Positions 15,635 through 24,402 of a DNA stretch of 36,652 nt are shown one piece after another (within the stretch, counting starts at the first letter, position 1; each line of letters begins with the position of its first letter). The DNA is taken from assembly GCA_036518595.1 (NCBI GenBank), contig DATDMW010000251.1:1-36652 (forward strand). The letters run 5' to 3'. The position numbers and the translations under genes are program-made. This stretch comes from Burkholderiales bacterium (GTDB lineage: Bacteria > Pseudomonadota > Gammaproteobacteria > Burkholderiales > SG8-39). The notes below the pieces were generated by a model, which ran no database searches, was not told the origin of the DNA, and saw only the letters and a program-made list of their open reading frames with translations.

Positions 15635-15838
15635 TTACTCGACGCGCTGGATCAGGTAGTTGTAGGGCTTGCCGACCGCGTCCCAGAACGCCTCGATCTT
15701 GGCAGCCATCTTCTTGCCGACGAAGCCCTCGACCAGCAGCGACAGGCCGTAGAAGAACACGATCGGGAAGATAGCCACGGCGATGAACGCGATGGCGACG
15801 GTGAGCATCAGGTAGTTCTGGACGTGCTTCATGAACAT
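15635..15838 (-). CDS. Small (67 aa) single-pass membrane protein, unknown function
   Basis: GGGGGAG Shine-Dalgarno 7 nt upstream of ATG 15838. Sequence: MFMKHVQNYLMLTVAIAFIAVAIFPIVFFYGLSLLVEGFVGKKMAAKIEAFWDAVGKPYNYLIQRVE. One long hydrophobic helix plus an amphipathic tail. Composition is protein-like, unlike the Arg-rich spurious frames nearby. Confidence 0.55.
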   Translation of the reverse strand: MFMKHVQNYLMLTVAIAFIAVAIFPIVFFYGLSLLVEGFVGKKMAAKIEAFWDAVGKPYNYLIQRVE

Positions 15839-15909
15839 GGCGGGGCTCCCCCTGTCTCGTATCGAGCAGTGTAGGAGCGGCGCCTTGCGCAGACCTGACA
15901 AAACCCGCA

Positions 15910-16620
15910 TTACACCCCGAGGTAACGATGCCACAGTGCCGGGTTCCCGCCGAGCTGCCGCGATGAGCCGCGCCAGGCGACGCGGCCACGCTCGATCACG
16001 GTGTGGTGGTCGGCGAGCTCCACCAGGCGCTCGACGTATTTGTCGATGACGAGGATCGTCTGGTCGCCCGCCTTCAGCGACGCGAGGCAGCGCCAGATCT
16101 CCTCGCGCACCAGGGGCGCGAGGCCCTCGGTCGCCTCGTCGAGGATCAGCAGGTGCGGATTGGTCATCAGCGCGCGGCCGATCGCGAGCATCTGCTGCTC
16201 GCCTCCCGAGAGCTGGCTGCCCAGATGTCCCAGGCGGGCCGCAATCCCCGGAAACCGGTCGAGCACGCGCTCGAGCGTCCAGGGGTCGCGCGATCCGCAG
16301 CGGTTCGCCGCGAAGGCGACCAGGTTCTCGCGCACCGAGAGATTGGGGAAAATTTGCCGGCCCTCGGGCACGAGCGCGATTCCCGCCCGCGCGATGCGGT
16401 CGGGCGAGAGGCGCTCGATGCGCTCGCCGCGGAAGCGGATCGAGCCGCGCCGCGCCGGCGTGAGCCCCAGGATCGAGCGCACCGTCGTGGTCTTGCCCAT
16501 GCCGTTGCGGCCCAGCAGCGTCGCCGCCTCGCCCGCGTTCACGACCAGGTCCACGCCGAACAGCACCTGGCTCGCGCCGTACGCGGTCTCCAGGCCTTCG
16601 ATCTCCAGCATCGCGCTCAC
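15910..16620 (-). CDS. Branched-chain-amino-acid-type ABC transporter ATP-binding protein (LivF-like)
   Basis: Walker A GRNGMGKTT, signature LSGGEQQML, Walker B LLILDE. GTG start at 16620 overlaps the livG-like stop. An alternative ATG is at 16611. Confidence 0.9.
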   Translation of the reverse strand: MSAMLEIEGLETAYGASQVLFGVDLVVNAGEAATLLGRNGMGKTTTVRSILGLTPARRGSIRFRGERIERLSPDRIARAGIALVPEGRQIFPNLSVRENLVAFAANRCGSRDPWTLERVLDRFPGIAARLGHLGSQLSGGEQQMLAIGRALMTNPHLLILDEATEGLAPLVREEIWRCLASLKAGDQTILVIDKYVERLVELADHHTVIERGRVAWRGSSRQLGGNPALWHRYLGV

Positions 16621-17378
16621 GCCGACTCCTCGCCGAGATAGGCCTTGCGCACTTGCGCGTCGGCGCGGATCTCGGCCGGGGTGCCGGTCGCGAGCACGCG
16701 TCCCGACACGAGCACCGAGATGCGGTCGGCGAGCCGGAACACCGCGTCCAGGTCGTGCTCGATGAGCAGGACCGAGAGCGCCGGTTCGGCCTCGCGCAAC
16801 TGCTGGATCAGGGCCAGCATGCGCGCCGACTCCTCGGGCCCCATCCCGGCCATGGGCTCGTCGAGCAGCAACAGCCGCGGCCGAGTCGCGAGGGCGAGCC
16901 CGACCTCGAGCGTGCGCTGCTCGCCGTGGGCGAGGTGAGCCGCCGCGACCGATTCGCGCCCGGCGAGCCCGATGCGGGCGACGATCGCGGCCGCCTGCTC
17001 GTAGAGCGCCTTCTCGCGCGCGGCGGGCCGCCAGAACGACATGCTCGACCCCGAGCGCGCCTGCACCGCGAGCGCGAGGTTGTCCAGGACGCCGAGCGCG
17101 CCGAAAAGCGTCGTCACCTGGTACGAGCGCGCGAGGCCGAGCCGCACCCGCCCGCTCGGCCCGAGCGCGGTAATGTCGCGCCCCGCGAGCTCGATGCGCC
17201 CGGAGTCGGGCCGGAGCGCGCCCGCGAGCTGCGCGATGAGCGTGGTCTTCCCGGCGCCGTTGGGACCGATCAGGGCGTGGATCTCGCCCGGCGAGACCGT
17301 GAGCGAAACACCGTCGCTGGCGGGGACGCCGCCGAAGCGCTTGCGCAGCTCGATCGCGGCGAGGAGCGGCGCCGTCAT
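16617..17378 (-). CDS. Branched-chain-amino-acid-type ABC transporter ATP-binding protein (LivG-like)
   Basis: ATG 17378 within ORF 16617..17714, overlapping the upstream stop (ATGA). Walker A GPNGAGKTT, Walker B LLLLDEP, and a LivG-type C-terminal region. Confidence 0.9.
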   Translation of the reverse strand: MTAPLLAAIELRKRFGGVPASDGVSLTVSPGEIHALIGPNGAGKTTLIAQLAGALRPDSGRIELAGRDITALGPSGRVRLGLARSYQVTTLFGALGVLDNLALAVQARSGSSMSFWRPAAREKALYEQAAAIVARIGLAGRESVAAAHLAHGEQRTLEVGLALATRPRLLLLDEPMAGMGPEESARMLALIQQLREAEPALSVLLIEHDLDAVFRLADRISVLVSGRVLATGTPAEIRADAQVRKAYLGEESA

Positions 17379-18352
17379 CGCGGGCGCCGCGCGAGCAGCC
17401 CGGCGATGCCCTGGGGCGCGAACAGCACCACGGCGAGCAGCACCAGTCCCACGGCCAGGCCCGCGTGCTGCGGGTAGTTCGGCAGCAGCGCCGCCACCCA
17501 GGCGACGCGGTGGTTCGCGACCAGGTCCTCGAGCCCGAGCAGCGCCGTCGCTCCGAGCGCGCCGCCCCAGAGGCTGCCGACGCCGCCGATGATCACCATC
17601 ACCATCAGCGAGCCGGACTGCGTCCAGTGCAGCACGCTCGGATTGACATACTTGCCGTGGCTCGCGAGCAGCGCGCCCGCAAGCCCGGCGGCGGCGCCCG
17701 CGATGACGAAGCACACGAGCTTGTAGCGGTAGACCGGAAAGCCGATCGCCTCGGCGCGCGTCTCGTTCTCGCGGATCGCCCGGATCACGCGGCCGAAGCG
17801 CGAGTGCGCCAGGCGGTGCAGGGCGACGAGCGCCGCGGCGAGCGCGGCGAGCGCCACGTAGTAGAAGGTCTGCGCGTCGTCGAGGTCGATGCCGCCGCCC
17901 ACGCGGGCGCGCGCGGGCAGCGTGAGGCCCTCGTCGCCGCCGTACGCCTTCATCGAGTTTACGAGGAAGTACGTCATCTGCGCGAACGCGAGCGTGATCA
18001 TGATGAAGTAGACGCCGCGTGTGCGCAGCGATACCGCGCCGATCGCGAGCGCCGCGAGCGCCGAGGCGGCGATCGCCGCCGGCCAGCCGATCCAGGCGCT
18101 GGCGACGCCCTCGGCCAGCAGGATCGACGAGACGTAGGCCCCCGTGCCGACGAAGGCGGCGTGCCCGAAGGAGATCATGCCGCCGTAGCCGAGGACCAGG
18201 TTGAGGCTGGTCGCCGCGAGCGCGTAGATCAGGATGCGGCTTGCGAACGAAAGGTAGTACGCGTCGCCCTCCGCGCGCATCACGAACGGGAACGCGAGCG
18301 CCGCGGCGACCACCAGGCCGAGCACCACCGCCCCGGGCCGCAGGCGGGCCAC
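17375..18352 (-). CDS. Branched-chain-type ABC transporter permease (LivM-like)
   Basis: 325 aa polytopic protein. Contains LNLVLGYGGMISFGHAAFVGTGAY. GTG start 1 nt after the livH-like stop. Confidence 0.85.
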   Translation of the reverse strand: MARLRPGAVVLGLVVAAALAFPFVMRAEGDAYYLSFASRILIYALAATSLNLVLGYGGMISFGHAAFVGTGAYVSSILLAEGVASAWIGWPAAIAASALAALAIGAVSLRTRGVYFIMITLAFAQMTYFLVNSMKAYGGDEGLTLPARARVGGGIDLDDAQTFYYVALAALAAALVALHRLAHSRFGRVIRAIRENETRAEAIGFPVYRYKLVCFVIAGAAAGLAGALLASHGKYVNPSVLHWTQSGSLMVMVIIGGVGSLWGGALGATALLGLEDLVANHRVAWVAALLPNYPQHAGLAVGLVLLAVVLFAPQGIAGLLARRPR

Positions 18353-18353
18353 G

Positions 18354-19271
18354 CTAGCCTCGCGCCGGGAAGAGGCCCTGCGGCCTCAGCGTCAGGATCA
18401 CCGCCATGAGCAGGTAGACGAGCACCGAGGCGGTCGCGGGCCCGGCCGCGCTCGCGAGCTGCGGGGGGAGAAAGGCTCCGAAGGCGATCGGCAGGAACGC
18501 GCGGCCGATGGTGTCCACCATGCCGACGATGAGCGATCCGACCAGCGCCCCGCGCACCGACCCGATGCCGCCGATCACGATTACGACGAAGGCGACGATC
18601 AGGATGTTCTCGCCCATGCCGACCTGCACGGCGAGGATCGGCCCGAGCAGCGCGCCGGCGACGGCGCAAAGCCCGGCGGCGATGCCGAACACCACCGTGA
18701 ACAGGCGCGGGATATCGGCTCCCATCGCGAGCGCCATCTCGCGGTTCGACGCGCCGGCGCGCACCCGCATCCCGATCCGCGTCTTCGCGACCAGGTAGTA
18801 GAGCAGCCCGGCGGCCGCGGCGCCGACCGCGATGATGAGCAGCCGGTAGGAGGAATACAGCATGCCGGGGAAGAGCTCCACCGGGCCCGAGAGCGCCTCG
18901 GGCGCGGCAAGCGGCAGGTCGGTGCCCCAGACGATGCGAACGGCCTCGTTGAACACGAGGATCAGCGCGAACGTCGCCAGGACCTGCGAGAGGTGGTCGC
19001 GCGCGTACAGCCGCCGCAGCAGCGACATCTCGAGCAGCATGCCGAGCGCCGCGGTCGCCGGCACGGCGAGCAGCACGCCGAGCGCGAACGAGCCCGTGAG
19101 CGAGACGAAGGTCGCGGCCAGGAACGCGCCGAGCATGTAGAGCGACCCGTGCGCGAGGTTGATCATGTCCATGATGCCGAACACGAGCGTGAGCCCCGCG
19201 GCGAGCAGGAACAGCATCAGGCCGAACTGCAGGCCGTTCAGCGCCTGCTCGAGGATCAGGATCCCGGACAC
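18354..19271 (-). CDS. Branched-chain-type ABC transporter permease (LivH-like)
   Basis: 305 aa. N terminus ILEQALNGLQFGLMLFLLAAGLTLVFGIMDMINLAHGS. GTG start 1 nt after the binding-protein stop. Confidence 0.85.
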   Translation of the reverse strand: MSGILILEQALNGLQFGLMLFLLAAGLTLVFGIMDMINLAHGSLYMLGAFLAATFVSLTGSFALGVLLAVPATAALGMLLEMSLLRRLYARDHLSQVLATFALILVFNEAVRIVWGTDLPLAAPEALSGPVELFPGMLYSSYRLLIIAVGAAAAGLLYYLVAKTRIGMRVRAGASNREMALAMGADIPRLFTVVFGIAAGLCAVAGALLGPILAVQVGMGENILIVAFVVIVIGGIGSVRGALVGSLIVGMVDTIGRAFLPIAFGAFLPPQLASAAGPATASVLVYLLMAVILTLRPQGLFPARG

Positions 19272-19272
19272 G

Positions 19273-20451
19273 CTACTTCATCGGACATTCGTCCACGTAC
19301 GCGTCGCCGCGGTCCTTGAAGATCGTGCCCGCGGTCCTGTTGACCAGGCGTCCCTGCGCGTCCTTCGCGACCACGCGCAAGTAGTAGTTCTGGATCGGGT
19401 ACTGGTTGCGGTTGAATTTGAAGGGGCCGCGCACCGAGTCGAACTTCGCCGCCTTGAGCGCGTGGCGCAGCGCCTCGCGATCCTCGACCTTGCCCTTGAC
19501 GTCGCGAACGGCCGCGTCGATGAGGAGCGCGGTGTCGTAGCCCTGCGAGGCGTACACGGTCGGCAGGCGCCCGTACTCCTTCTCGAACGCCGCCACGAAT
19601 TTCCGGTTGGCGGCGTTGTCGAGGTCGAGCGCCCAGTGCGCGGCGTCGTGGATGCCGAGCATCGGCTCGCCGACGGCGCGGATGATGTCCTGGTCCGAGG
19701 AGAAACCGGGCGTGATCAGCTGGATGTCGCGCGACAGGCCGGCCGCGACGAATTGCTTGATGAAGTTGATTCCCATGCCGCCGGGCAGGAAGATGTACAC
19801 CGCCTGCGGCTTCGCCGCGCGCACTTGCGCGAGCTCCGCGGAGTAATCGAGCTGCCCGAGCTGCGTGTAGACCTCGCCGACGATGCTGCCCTTGTAGAAG
19901 CGCTTGAAGCCCGCGAGCGAGTCCTTTCCCGCCTGGTAGTTCGGCGCGAGCATGTAGACCGCCTTGTAGCCTTGCGAGGTGGCGTACTGCCCGGCGGCCT
20001 CGTGGTAGGCGTCATTGGGCCAGGAGGCGGCGAAGAACCACGGATTGCATTGCTTGCCGGCGAGCGGCGAAGGCGCCGCGTTCGGACTGACATACACGAC
20101 CTTGTTCTCGAACGCGATCGGCACCGACGCGAGCATGATGTTCGAGAACACGAAGCCGGTGAGGATGTCGACCTTGTCGAGCTTGACGTTCTTCTCCGCG
20201 AGCTGACGCCCGACGTCGGGCTTGAACTGGTCGTCGCCGACGATCACGTCGGCGCGCAGGCCGCCGAGCTTGCCGCCGTTCATCTTCACGGCCAGCATGA
20301 AAGCGTCGCGGATATCGATCCCGAGCGCGGCGCTCGGGCCCGAAAGCGTGCTGATGAAGCCGACCGTCACCTGGTCGGCCGCGCGCGCGGGCGCGGCCGG
20401 AAGCGCGGCGAAAGCGAGCGCCGCGGCGCAGAACACCGTTGCCTTGTTCAT
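19273..20451 (-). CDS. Type 1 periplasmic binding protein of a Liv-type ABC importer
   Basis: GGGAGGG Shine-Dalgarno. Signal peptide MNKATVFCAAALAFAALPAAPARA. Family pattern VTVGFISTLSGPSAALGID. Confidence 0.85.
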   Translation of the reverse strand: MNKATVFCAAALAFAALPAAPARAADQVTVGFISTLSGPSAALGIDIRDAFMLAVKMNGGKLGGLRADVIVGDDQFKPDVGRQLAEKNVKLDKVDILTGFVFSNIMLASVPIAFENKVVYVSPNAAPSPLAGKQCNPWFFAASWPNDAYHEAAGQYATSQGYKAVYMLAPNYQAGKDSLAGFKRFYKGSIVGEVYTQLGQLDYSAELAQVRAAKPQAVYIFLPGGMGINFIKQFVAAGLSRDIQLITPGFSSDQDIIRAVGEPMLGIHDAAHWALDLDNAANRKFVAAFEKEYGRLPTVYASQGYDTALLIDAAVRDVKGKVEDREALRHALKAAKFDSVRGPFKFNRNQYPIQNYYLRVVAKDAQGRLVNRTAGTIFKDRGDAYVDECPMK

Positions 20452-20499
20452 GGAATCCCTCCCGGATCAGGCGAAGACCTTATTGGCCCCGCGGCGGGA

Positions 20500-20505
20500 A
20501 GTCAA
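20500..20505 (-). promoter_or_regulatory. Candidate -35 (TTGACT) for the ten-gene minus-strand operon
   Basis: The minus strand reads cTTGACTtcccgccgcggggccaataaggt. The downstream -10 is weak or ambiguous (AATAAG or TAAGGT). Confidence 0.25.
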
Positions 20506-20534
20506 GCAGCGCGGTTTCCTGCACAATAGGATCC

Positions 20535-21260
20535 ATGGGAGAAGCACGAACGCGAACGGCGGCCGGCGCCGCGCTGCTCCTCGTCGCGCTGGTCGCGGCT
20601 TCGGCGGCTCTCGCGGAGGACGCGCCCGCCGATTCGCCGGCGGCCGACTGGTCGGGGCTATATCTGGGCGCCCAGTTCGGCGGCGACACGTCGGACGCGC
20701 GCTGGAGGACCGATGCCACCGTCGCGGACGGCGACGCCGTGCATCAGCGGGCGAGCAGCCCGGCGCTGGGCCTGCAGCTTGGCGCGCGTTTTCGCGTCTC
20801 GCGCCACTGGCTGGTCGGTGCCGAGGGCTCGTATACGCTGGCGCGACTGCGCACGGTCGCACAGTCGGCGGAGCTCGCCGAGCGCGGTCTCCCGGGACGC
20901 TCGCGCGAGACCGACTTGCGCAATCTCTACGCCGTCACCGTTCAGGCGGGATATGCCCACGAGGACCGGTGGCTGTTGTACGGCAAGGCGGGGGTCGCCG
21001 GGTCCTACGTCTATCTCGCCACCGCGAACGTGCTGAGCGGGGTCGTGTCCTCGACCAACGGCCGGGCACGCGGGTGGACAGGGGGCGTCGGGGTCGAATA
21101 TCTCCTCGCCGACCGGTGGAGCTTCGGCCTCGAGTACGATCACTACGAGCTGCGGCTCGGCGATCGCAGCGCGATCCAGTCGAACGGAGCGGTCGCCGAC
21201 TACACCGGGTTCAAAGGCAGCATCGACGCGCTCTACGCGCGGCTGAACCGCACGTTCTGA
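20535..21260 (+). CDS. Outer-membrane beta-barrel protein (Omp25/porin-family-like)
   Basis: ATG 20535 in ORF 20439..21260. Signal peptide ...LLLVALVAASAALA. DWSGLYLGAQFGG start, alternating aromatic/hydrophobic strands, C-terminal ...YARLNRTF with terminal Phe. Confidence 0.65.
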   Translation: MGEARTRTAAGAALLLVALVAASAALAEDAPADSPAADWSGLYLGAQFGGDTSDARWRTDATVADGDAVHQRASSPALGLQLGARFRVSRHWLVGAEGSYTLARLRTVAQSAELAERGLPGRSRETDLRNLYAVTVQAGYAHEDRWLLYGKAGVAGSYVYLATANVLSGVVSSTNGRARGWTGGVGVEYLLADRWSFGLEYDHYELRLGDRSAIQSNGAVADYTGFKGSIDALYARLNRTF

Positions 21261-21278
21261 GAGGGCCGGGCGCCAAGC

Positions 21279-21284
21279 TATAAT
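21279..21284 (+). promoter_or_regulatory. Candidate -10 (perfect TATAAT) upstream of the adaptor/ABC operon
   Basis: gcTATAATtcgg lies 51 nt upstream of the TTG start at 21335. The -35 is weak (TTCTGA, 18-nt spacer). Confidence 0.35.
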
Positions 21285-21334
21285 TCGGCCATCCGCCGCC
21301 CGCGCTCGCACGCCGGGCACCACCGAGGCCCACC

Positions 21335-22540
21335 TTGGAACAGCAGGACCTTTCCCGTCTACGGATCGACCGCGCCGCGGCGCCCCTGCGCCGGCGCCGG
21401 CGCGGGCCCTGGATCGCGGCGGCCGTCGCGATCGTGGCGGTGCTCGCGGGCTTCGCGTATACGCGGTTCGGCGCTCCGTCCGAGGTCGAGACGGTCGCCG
21501 TGGCGCGGATCTTTCCGTCGCAATCGCTCGCCGTCCTGAACGCGACCGGCTACGTCGTCGCCCAGCGCAAGGCTGCCGTGTCGTCGAAGGCCACCGGCCG
21601 CCTGGAGTGGCTCGGCGTCCTCGAGGGATCGCGCGTGAAGAAGGGCGATATCATCGCGCGCGTCGAAAGCCGCGACGTGGCGGCCACGGTCGACCAGGCA
21701 TCGGCGAACGTCGGGGTGGCGCAGGCGAACCTGGAACAGGGGCTCGCCGAGCTCGCCGACGCCGAGAGCGCGTTCAAGCGCTCCGAGGAGCTGCTCGCGC
21801 AGAAGTACATATCCCCTTCGGCCCACGACTCGGCGATCGCGCGCTACCACAAGGCGCGCGCCGCGATCGTGGGCCTGCGCGCGGCCATCGCCGCGGCGAG
21901 CGCCAACCAGCGCGCCGCGCAGGTCGCGTTCGAGCAGACGCTCATCCGCGCGCCCTTCGACGGCGTGGTGCTCACCAAGAGCGCGAACGTCGGCGACATC
22001 GTCACGCCGTTCTCCGCCGCCGTCGACACGAAGGGCGTCGTGGTCACCATGGCGGACATGGAGACGCTCGAGGTCGAGGCCGACGTCTCCGAGGCGAGCC
22101 TCGGCAAGATCCGCGTCGACCAGGCGTGCGAGATCCAGCTCGAGGCCTTCCCCGACGTGCGCTTCCCGGGCGTCGTGAGCCGCATGGTCCCAACGGTGGA
22201 CCGCACGAAGGCGACGCTGCTCGTCAAGGTCCGCTTCACGCAGCCCGACGCGCGCGTGCTGCCCGACATGAGCGCCAAGGTCGCGTTCCTGTCGCGCGCC
22301 GTGACGCCCGAGGAGCGCAGCGCGGTGGACGCACTGCAGCGCTCCGCAATCGTCACGCGCGGCGGCCGCAGCGTGGTCTTCGTGGTACGCGATGGACGGG
22401 TGTCGGAGGTTCCGGTGGAGACCGGCCGCACGCTCGGCGACCTGCTCGAGGTGAAGGGCGTCGCCGCCGGCGACCGGGTCGTGCTGCGCCCGGACGAGCA
22501 CGTGCGCGACGGGGAGCGGGTCCGCGCGACCAAGTCCTGA
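21335..22540 (+). CDS. Periplasmic adaptor (HlyD/MacA-type membrane fusion protein)
   Basis: TTG start with GAGG upstream. N-terminal membrane anchor PWIAAAVAIVAVLAGF. Lipoyl/barrel motifs (LEWLGVLEGSRVKKGDIIARVE, LIRAPFDGVVL) and a central Ala-rich coiled coil. Confidence 0.8.
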   Translation: MEQQDLSRLRIDRAAAPLRRRRRGPWIAAAVAIVAVLAGFAYTRFGAPSEVETVAVARIFPSQSLAVLNATGYVVAQRKAAVSSKATGRLEWLGVLEGSRVKKGDIIARVESRDVAATVDQASANVGVAQANLEQGLAELADAESAFKRSEELLAQKYISPSAHDSAIARYHKARAAIVGLRAAIAAASANQRAAQVAFEQTLIRAPFDGVVLTKSANVGDIVTPFSAAVDTKGVVVTMADMETLEVEADVSEASLGKIRVDQACEIQLEAFPDVRFPGVVSRMVPTVDRTKATLLVKVRFTQPDARVLPDMSAKVAFLSRAVTPEERSAVDALQRSAIVTRGGRSVVFVVRDGRVSEVPVETGRTLGDLLEVKGVAAGDRVVLRPDEHVRDGERVRATKS

Positions 22541-22545
22541 CCCGC

Positions 22546-23238
22546 ATGAGCGAAGCGCGGGCGCCGCTGGTCGAGATCCGCAGGCTCGCGAAGGCGTACC
22601 GCCGCGGCGGCCAGGCCGTGCCCGTCCTCTCCGACATCAACCTCGAGATCGCCGAGGGGGATTTCCTCGCGCTGATGGGCCCGTCGGGCTCCGGCAAGAG
22701 CACTCTGCTCAATCTCATCGCCGGCATCGACAAGCCGGACGCGGGCGAGCTGCGCGTCGCGGGCGAGGACATCACGCGTCTCTCGGAGGCCGAGCTCGCC
22801 GACTGGCGCGCGGCGAACGTCGGCTTCATCTTCCAGTTCTACAACCTGATGCCCGTGCTTACGGCGTTCGAGAACGTCGAGCTGCCGCTGATGCTCACGC
22901 GCCTCGCGCGCCGGGAGCGGCGCGAGCGCGTGGACATGATGCTGTCCCTGGTCGGGCTGGCCGAGCGCGCGAGCCACTACCCCTCCGAGCTGTCGGGCGG
23001 GCAGAAGCAGCGCGTCGCCATCGCGCGCGCCATCGTCGGCGATCCCCGGCTCATCGTCGCCGACGAGCCGACGGGCGACCTCGACCGCGTCTCGGCCGCC
23101 GAGATCCTCCACCTGCTGCAGCGGCTCAACCGCGAGCTTGGCAAGACCGTGATCATGGTGACCCATGACGCCAACGCCGCGAGCGCCGCGCGCGCGGTGA
23201 TCCACCTGGAGAAGGGCGAGCTGGTCGCCGAACCGTGA
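22546..23238 (+). CDS. ABC transporter ATP-binding protein (LolD/MacB-NBD type)
   Basis: Walker A GPSGSGKST, Q-loop FIFQFYNL, signature LSGGQKQRVAIARA, Walker B LIVADEPTGDLD. Confidence 0.9.
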   Translation: MSEARAPLVEIRRLAKAYRRGGQAVPVLSDINLEIAEGDFLALMGPSGSGKSTLLNLIAGIDKPDAGELRVAGEDITRLSEAELADWRAANVGFIFQFYNLMPVLTAFENVELPLMLTRLARRERRERVDMMLSLVGLAERASHYPSELSGGQKQRVAIARAIVGDPRLIVADEPTGDLDRVSAAEILHLLQRLNRELGKTVIMVTHDANAASAARAVIHLEKGELVAEP

Positions 23239-24398
23239 CCGCGCACGTCCTCAAGCTCATCGTCAAGAACGCCCTGCGCCACAAGCTGCGCACGGCGCTC
23301 ACCGCGGCGGGCATCGTCGTCGCGATCCTGTCGTTCGGACTGCTGCAGACCGTGATCGGCGCCTGGTACGCGGGCGCCAATGCCGCCTCCGACGCGCGCC
23401 TCGTGACGCGCAACGCCATTTCGCTCGCTTTCCCCATGCCGCTCAGCTACGCGTCGCGCATCCGCGCGGTCGACGGCGTGGCGGCCGTGACGCACGCCAA
23501 CTGGTTCGGCGGCGTCTACCAGGACCCGAAGAATTTCTTCGTGCAATTCGCGGTCGACGCGCGCACCTACCTCGACCTTTTCCCGGAATTCAGGCTGAGC
23601 GAGGCCGAGCGCACCGCGTTCGTGCGCGACCGCAAGGGTGCGATCGTCGGGCGCAAGCTCGCCAACCAGTACGGCTTCAAGGTCGGCGACTCGATCCCGC
23701 TGCGCGGCACGATTTTCCCCGGCCAGTGGGAGTTCGTCGTGCGCGGCATCTACGACGGCGGCAAGCCGACCACGGACACCTCGCAGATGCTGTTCCAGTG
23801 GGACTACCTGAACGAGTCGATGCTGAAGACTTTCCCGCGCCGCGCGAACCAGGTCGGTTTCTACGTCGTGCGCATCGAGAACCCGGACGACGCTGCGGCC
23901 GTCTCGCGCGCGATCGACGAGCAGTTCAAGAACTCGATCGCCGAGACCGTCACCGAGACGGAAAAGGCGTTTCAGCTCGGGTTCGTGTCGATGTCCGAGG
24001 CGATCGTGGTCGCGATCCGCGTCGTGTCCTTCGTCGTGATCGTGATCATCCTCGCCGTGATGGCGAACACGATGGCGATGAGCGCGCGCGAGCGCCTGGC
24101 GGAATACGCGACGCTCAAGGCGCTCGGCTTCGGGCCGGCCTTCCTCGCGACCCTGATCCTGGGCGAGTCGGTGGCGATCTGCGCGGCGGGTGCTGCCGCC
24201 GGGATCGCGCTCACGTTCCCGGTCGCGGCCGCGTTCTCGGCCAAGATGGGCACGCTTTTCCCGGTGTTCCACGTGGAGGCTTCGACGCTCGTCATGCAGG
24301 CGGTCGCGGCGCTCGTGGTGGGGCTGGCGGCGGCGGTCGTGCCTTCGCTGCGCTCGGCGCGGATCTCGATCGTGAACGGCCTGCGTCACGCGGGATGA
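23235..24398 (+). CDS. FtsX/MacB-type ABC permease with periplasmic domain (1 of 2)
   Basis: The GTG overlaps the ATPase stop (GTGA). N terminus KNALRHKLRTALTAAGIVVAI, a periplasmic stretch of about 200 aa, then three C-terminal TM helices. Confidence 0.85.
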   Translation: MTAHVLKLIVKNALRHKLRTALTAAGIVVAILSFGLLQTVIGAWYAGANAASDARLVTRNAISLAFPMPLSYASRIRAVDGVAAVTHANWFGGVYQDPKNFFVQFAVDARTYLDLFPEFRLSEAERTAFVRDRKGAIVGRKLANQYGFKVGDSIPLRGTIFPGQWEFVVRGIYDGGKPTTDTSQMLFQWDYLNESMLKTFPRRANQVGFYVVRIENPDDAAAVSRAIDEQFKNSIAETVTETEKAFQLGFVSMSEAIVVAIRVVSFVVIVIILAVMANTMAMSARERLAEYATLKALGFGPAFLATLILGESVAICAAGAAAGIALTFPVAAAFSAKMGTLFPVFHVEASTLVMQAVAALVVGLAAAVVPSLRSARISIVNGLRHAG

Positions 24399-24402
24399 GG
24401 CG

